Assembly: GCA_041694155.1 (NCBI GenBank)
Contig: JASMTS010000014.1
Span: 20,583-84,582, forward strand
Direction of reading: 5' to 3'
Origin: Candidatus Altimarinota bacterium
Lineage (GTDB): Bacteria > Patescibacteriota > Gracilibacteria > BD1-5 > UBA6164
Length of the DNA: 64,000 nt
The position numbers were made by a program, and so were the translations under genes. Under the pieces are notes generated by a model, which did no database searches, was not told the DNA's origin, and saw only the letters and a program-made list of their open reading frames with translations. Position 1 is the first letter of the stretch. The number at the start of each line of letters is the position of its first letter. Of this stretch, positions 58,800-64,000 are shown one piece after another.

Positions 58800-61700
58800 A
58801 TGTTTAAAAATTTAGCATATTTTTTCATAAAAAATTCAAAATTAACAATTGTACTTATTCTTGTTAGTATTTTTGTTTGAATAGCAAGTTATTTTTCTCT
58901 ACCAAAACAATATAACCCTACTATAGTAGTTCCTGCTTTTGAAATACAAATACCTGCTAACTGACTTAGTGCAGAAGAAGTTAGTACTAAGGTAGTTTCT
59001 CCTATAGAAAATTTGTTATATGAACTTGAGGGTATAGATGAAGTATACTGATATTCTTATGATAACTTTGCCTGATTAATGGCAAAATTTGAGGTTTGAG
59101 TTGATAGTGAAAATGCAAAAATAAGACTTATCCAAAAAATTAACGATAATATTTTGGATAAACCAAAAGAATTAGGTGATCCTATTATAAAGTCTATTGA
59201 CCCAGAGGATTTGTCTCAAATAACTTACTCTATAAATTATATATGAGATGATAATCTAAGTAATGAAGAAAAACAAATATATCTTAAACAAATAGCAAAC
59301 CTAATAAAACAAGAAGTAAAAAAATTATCTAATATAACTACAATAGAAATAGTATGATGATATTCTAAAAATATAGTCATAGATCTTGATTTAGATAAAT
59401 TACAAGCAAGGAATGTAGATATATTACAGATATATAATGTACTAGAAAAATATAACTTTAATATGCCTAGTGGTAATATTATAAGTAATAATGAAAAGAT
59501 TTTTGTTTGAATTGACTCAAGAGTTAATAAAATAGAAGATATAAAAAAAATTATTGTTTTTAATAATAATTGAAAAAAGGTATATCTAGAAGATATATCA
59601 GATATAAGGTATTGAGTTAGTAGAGTTGATAGCTATACTAAGTATTCTAATTATGAATATAGTTCTAACTCAGTTCTGATTTGATTTGGTAAAAAAAGAT
59701 GAACTAATGCAGTTGTTGTAACAAACAATGTAAAGGATAAAGTTTTGGAGTTATCTGAAACTTTGCCAAAAGATATAGAGATAAAAATGATTCAAAATGA
59801 ATGAAAAACAGCATCTGATGCAACAACAATGCTGTTAACAAATTTATTTCAATCTTTTTTGATAGTATTTGTTATTTTGGCATTTTATTTGTGAGTAAAA
59901 AATGCATTTAACACAGCCGCATCTATACCTTTGACTCTTGCTCTGGTTTTTTTCTTGGCATTGTTAGTATGAGATAATATAAACAAAATAACTCTTTTTG
60001 CTCTTATATTAGTTTTGTGAATGATTGTAGATAATTCTACCGTTGTTGTAGAAAATATTTCTAGGCATTTGGATGAAAGAGTTCATACATGAAAAACAAA
60101 ACTAGAAGCTGTTTTAGAATGAGTACAAGAAGTAGGTTTTTGAGTTATAATGGCAACTATTACAAGGTTATTAGCTTTTGGTAGTATGTTTGCTGTTACT
60201 GGTATGATGTGAGAGTATATGTGACCGATACCAAAATATGCAATCTTTGCATTATTGATATCACTTTTGATTTCATTAACTTTGAATCCTTGGATAAGTT
60301 ATGTATGAGCAAAAGAAGTTACAGAGTCAGATAGGGAAGAGCATGAAAAAAAATCATGATTTGACCCAAGGAAGTATTATCTTTCTTTTATGAAAATATT
60401 TATAAATAATGATAAAAAATGATTTAAAAATAGAAAAATATTTAAAATTGTTTTTTGGATAACATTATTTTCAGTAATTATAGCTCCTATATATTTAAGT
60501 ATATTTAAGGCTAGAATGTTACCTAAATCTGATCAAGATCAAATTTATATATGGGTTGATGCACCAAGAAGTTATAGTGCTTCAAAAATGTATGATATTG
60601 AACAATATATGTCTGATTTTTTCTTTGATAATGAAAAATTACCAGAAAATCTTGATATAGCTTCTGAACTTACAACAACAATATGAAATTCTTTTGTCTG
60701 AGATTTTGCTAATTTATTTAGAGGTTGATCTCAAAGATTTTGAGAAAATCAAATAAGTTCTAGATTAAATTTATTAACAAATACTGATATAGATGATAGA
60801 GTAACCTCAGAATATTATACTATAAATATAAGAGACATTTTTAAGGATTATATGTTAACAAAATATCCTGAATTGGAAATAAGGCTTCAAGAAGATCCGC
60901 CAGGTCCTCCAGTAATGTCTACTTTTAGAATAAATATAAAATGAACTGCAAGTCAAGAAAATTTGGATAATTTTATGTTGAAGACTCAATCTTCAATTTT
61001 ACAAATAAAAGATAAATATTCTTTAGTAGACTTGGGTAATTCTAATAATACAACATATAGAAAATTAAATTTAAAAGTAGATCATGTATCAGCATCAAAT
61101 GCTTGAATAACTACTTCTCAAATATCATCAACTTTAGGTGTTATATTTTCAGATGCTCAAATAGGTCTTATAAAAAACAATGATAGTTTTGATTATAACT
61201 TTTTAGTTTTAGCAGTAGATAATAAACAAAAAGATACTACTCAAGTATTAAAAAATATTTACCTTACAAATATTCAATGAAAAAAAATACCTCTTGATAG
61301 TTTAGTAAATATTGAATATAGCTTTGTATCAGATCAAATAAATACAAAAGATAAACAAGAAATAAAAACTATATATGCAGAGATGTGAGATGATTCTTTG
61401 GTTTATCCTGTGATTAAGTTATTTAAAATATTCTTAAGTGATGATTTTGTTTGAAAAGATTATGAATTATTATCATGGAGTCCATATGAAATAAACTATA
61501 AATGATTAAGTGATTGAAAAATTTATACTATAGAATGGTGATGAGAATGGGAATTAACTGTTGATACTTTTAGAGATTTGTGAATAGCTATGATGCTTTC
61601 TTTATTAGCTATATACTTCTTATTAGTTTGACAATTTTCTAGTTTTAAAATAGCTTGAATAATAATGACTACTTTCTTGCTTAGTTTTTTCTGAGTTTTC

Positions 61701-62093
61701 CCTTGATTTACAGCATTATATTTGTTTAATAATGAATATTTCTCAGCTACTAGTATGATTTGAATAATTGCACTATGATGAATAGTCGTTTGAAATGCCA
61801 TAATTCTTATAGATTATTTGAATATATTAAAGAAAAATGGTCTTACTATGGCTGATGCTTTATTAAAAGCTTGATATGCAAGGTTTGCTCCTATTATACT
61901 TACTAGTCTTACCACTGTTTTTTGAGCAGCAACTATTATATGAGATCCTGTATGGTCTGGTCTTGCTCGGACTGTTATATGGTGACTTTTATTTAGTAGT
62001 ATTCTTACTTTGATAGTTATACCTATATTTTATTATGATAGTCAAAAATCAGAATGGGAAAAATGTGCATGAATAGATGAAAAGAAGTGTTAA
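58800..62093 (+). CDS. RND-family efflux permease (AcrB-like)
   Basis: 1097 aa. Contains PKQYNPTIVVPAFEIQ, LGMIVDNSTVVVENISRHL and ATITRLLAFGSMF. Twelve-TM two-repeat layout. Confidence 0.85.
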
Positions 62094-62097
62094 AAAC

Positions 62098-62127
62098 AAA
62101 AAAACCTAATTTTTATTAGGTTTTTTT
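62098..62127. terminator. bidirectional hairpin terminator
   Basis: AAAAAAACCTAAT / ATTAGGTTTTTTT stem. Confidence 0.6.
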
Positions 62128-63232
62128 AATTGTTTTCCTTATATATTTCTATAGCTCTTTTAATTTCTTCTTTTGTTTTTCATTTTGCTTTTAATTCTTT
62201 TTTTAATGCTTTTATCTGTCTTTGCAACTTTTTTGATTTTTTTTGTTGTAACCTCAATTCTTCTTCTAATCAGATTGATTTTTTTACTGTATTGTTTTTT
62301 TCTGTTTCAGATTTTATTAACTCTTGTTTAAGTCTTTCTATTTCTTTATTGGCTTTATCTATATCACTTTCTTGTTCTAATTCAACTAATTCAAAAGTTT
62401 CCATTCTTACTGAATCTATGTCTCATGATTTTATTATATTTACTGATTTTCTTTCTTCTTTTTGTTCTTCATTTTTTCTTGGTCTAATTATTTTTTCATT
62501 TTTTAATAAACTTTCTATATTAGAATTTATTTTATATCATCATCAATTAACTTTTAATATGATTCATTTATTTATTAAGTAGCTTATTAATATTCTCATT
62601 GTTTCATATCATTGTCATAGTTTCTCAACTTTTTCAACTAAAATATCATCAGTTATTTTTTCATCAGGAAATCTTATATTCAAAATTTTTGATATTTCTC
62701 AAAAATTGATAAATTTATTTACTACATCTTCTAGTTTTAAATTTTTTCAATCAATTCAGTTTTGTAATAATATTTCTACTATTTGCTCTAATTTTTCTTC
62801 ATAATATTCAGATTCACTTTTTGCATTTTCTATTTCTCTTTTGTCATCTATTCTATAATTTAATAATTCTCATATTCTTTGTTTGTAGTAATCTATTGCC
62901 TCTAATGCTTCATTATTAATTATTTCATTTTGTATTTTAGTTTTACTCAAGTTATGGCTTAAAATCAGAGATAATGCTTGATAAAATAATAATTCATTTT
63001 TTATAGCTTCTTTGGAGTTATTAGTTGTAGCAATTCTATTTATTTCTTGATTCAAAAAATCTAAAAAGTGTTCATTTGCTATTAAATCAATAGATTTTTC
63101 AACTTCTGAAGCTAAAAATCTCATTTTTAATTCATTATCACTTTTATAGTTAGATAAAAAAGCTTCTCTTAGTTCATTTATGATATTTTTATATCATTCG
63201 TATATGTTGTATTGATCAAAATTATTAATCAT
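62126..63232 (-). CDS. coiled-coil protein, hypothetical
   Basis: 368 aa on the minus strand. Includes track ORF 62870-63124. The C-terminal third is KE-rich coiled coil. The plus-strand track ORF 62130-62582 is the antisense artefact. Confidence 0.45.
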
Positions 63233-63382
63233 GATAATTATTTTATTTTATATATATTATCTATAATAACACTTTATTTTGTTTTGAACAAAAAAATAAT
63301 ATTTATTTTTATAAATTAACTTTAAAAAATACTAAAAATAAATACAATAACTAGCAAAAAGTTATTTTTTAATTTAATTTTA

Positions 63383-63757
63383 ATGAAAAAGAGATTTCTC
63401 CTATTTCTTATATTTATCATTTTTTTGTTATCATCTACTACATTATTTTTGATATTAAATTATTTAGATCCTTATGAGTATAAAATTCTTTCAATAACTT
63501 TTATTATTATTAGTTTTTTATTGACTACTACATCGTTTTTTACTCTTTTGTTATATATTATAAAAAAAATATATTTTAGAGGTAATATTTATATTTATCA
63601 TGTCTTATCTAGTTTTAGACAGTCATTTTTTATTAGTATATTTTTTATCAGTTTAATATATTTTAATTATTTTTGAGCTCCAATTGCTATAACATGATTT
63701 TTTTCTTTTTTATTACTATTTTTTTTAGAATTATTTATTAAAAATCAAGAAAGCTAA
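63383..63757 (+). CDS. membrane protein, hypothetical
   Basis: 124 aa. Track ORF 63383-63676 extends through two TGAs to TAA. Four hydrophobic segments. Confidence 0.4.
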
Positions 63758-63888
63758 AATGTCAATTGCTATTCTTTGAAAAAATATAAAAAATAGCTTA
63801 AAATATAACTGTTAACTTAATTTTCTAATAAAAATATTTTGCACAAAATATATATATCATTTTTGATTGTTTTCTGATTTATAATTCA

Positions 63889-64000
63889 TTATTGATTTGT
63901 ACATGCTCTTACAAATTCGGATAAATGAGCAATATTAGAAAGATTTCAACAACAACAATATGAATTATTATTTGAATCTGAATTATCTGAGTATAATTGA
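63889..64000 (-). CDS. C-terminal fragment of a gene entering from the right edge (hypothetical)
   Basis: The minus-strand frame is open from the window edge to TAA (complement of 63889-63891). It ends ...NNNSYCCCGNLSNIAHLSEFVRACTNQ. Confidence 0.25.

Noticed and set aside
63758-63820. Short ORF (MSIAILGKNIKNSLKYNC) after the last membrane protein gene.
   Set aside because: It has 18 codons, no motif, and lies in a convergent intergenic region.

Overview
This is a very AT-rich bacterial chromosome segment that is only interpretable if TGA is read as glycine (translation table 25, as in the CPR lineages Gracilibacteria and Absconditabacteria/SR1). In-frame TGA falls on invariant Gly residues of FtsE, LepA, MutS, TsaE, the prepilins and an RGG tail. 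All stops I could read are TAA or TAG. The supplied standard-code ORF track is therefore fragmented, and several of its ORFs are antisense artefacts. I re-called genes by eye, reading through TGA, and obtained about 60 tightly packed CDS separated by AT-rich hairpin terminators. Coordinates come from manual counting, so ends may be off by a codon.

**Housekeeping content**
- DNA and RNA functions: recJ (3' part), a recX-like gene, nth, rsmA, a DEAD-box helicase, an N-terminally truncated mutS, and tsaE.
- Translation: lepA, rpsA, rpsB, tsf, tRNA-His(GTG) and tRNA-Trp(CCA).
- Other: trxA, hsp20, ftsE, and an NhaP-type antiporter.
- Envelope and polysaccharide: a MOP-family flippase, a GT4 glycosyltransferase and a polyprenyl glycosylphosphotransferase.
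- Efflux: a TetR-controlled adaptor plus RND permease operon.

**Notable accessory content**
1. Two tandem type IV pilin genes share one N-terminal module but carry different C-terminal domains. One of these has a fibrinogen-like YCDxxxxGGGW signature. An orphan histidine kinase and response regulator pair sits next to them, and pilC lies elsewhere in the window.
2. An island of about 8 kb follows tRNA-Trp and is bracketed by repeats of the tRNA 3' end. It carries a DUF2779 nuclease, an MmeI-like type IIL restriction-modification enzyme, and an uncharacterised Abi_C plus small-membrane-protein block. No integrase is present.
3. Next to the island is a compositionally foreign gene with no TGA codons, a strong Shine-Dalgarno sequence and a GC-rich terminator.
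4. A secreted beta-rich protein is paired with a DUF916-like anchored protein that ends in a cytoplasmic zinc ribbon.
5. There is a frameshifted sulP gene.

No CRISPR array, rRNA gene or transposase was seen.
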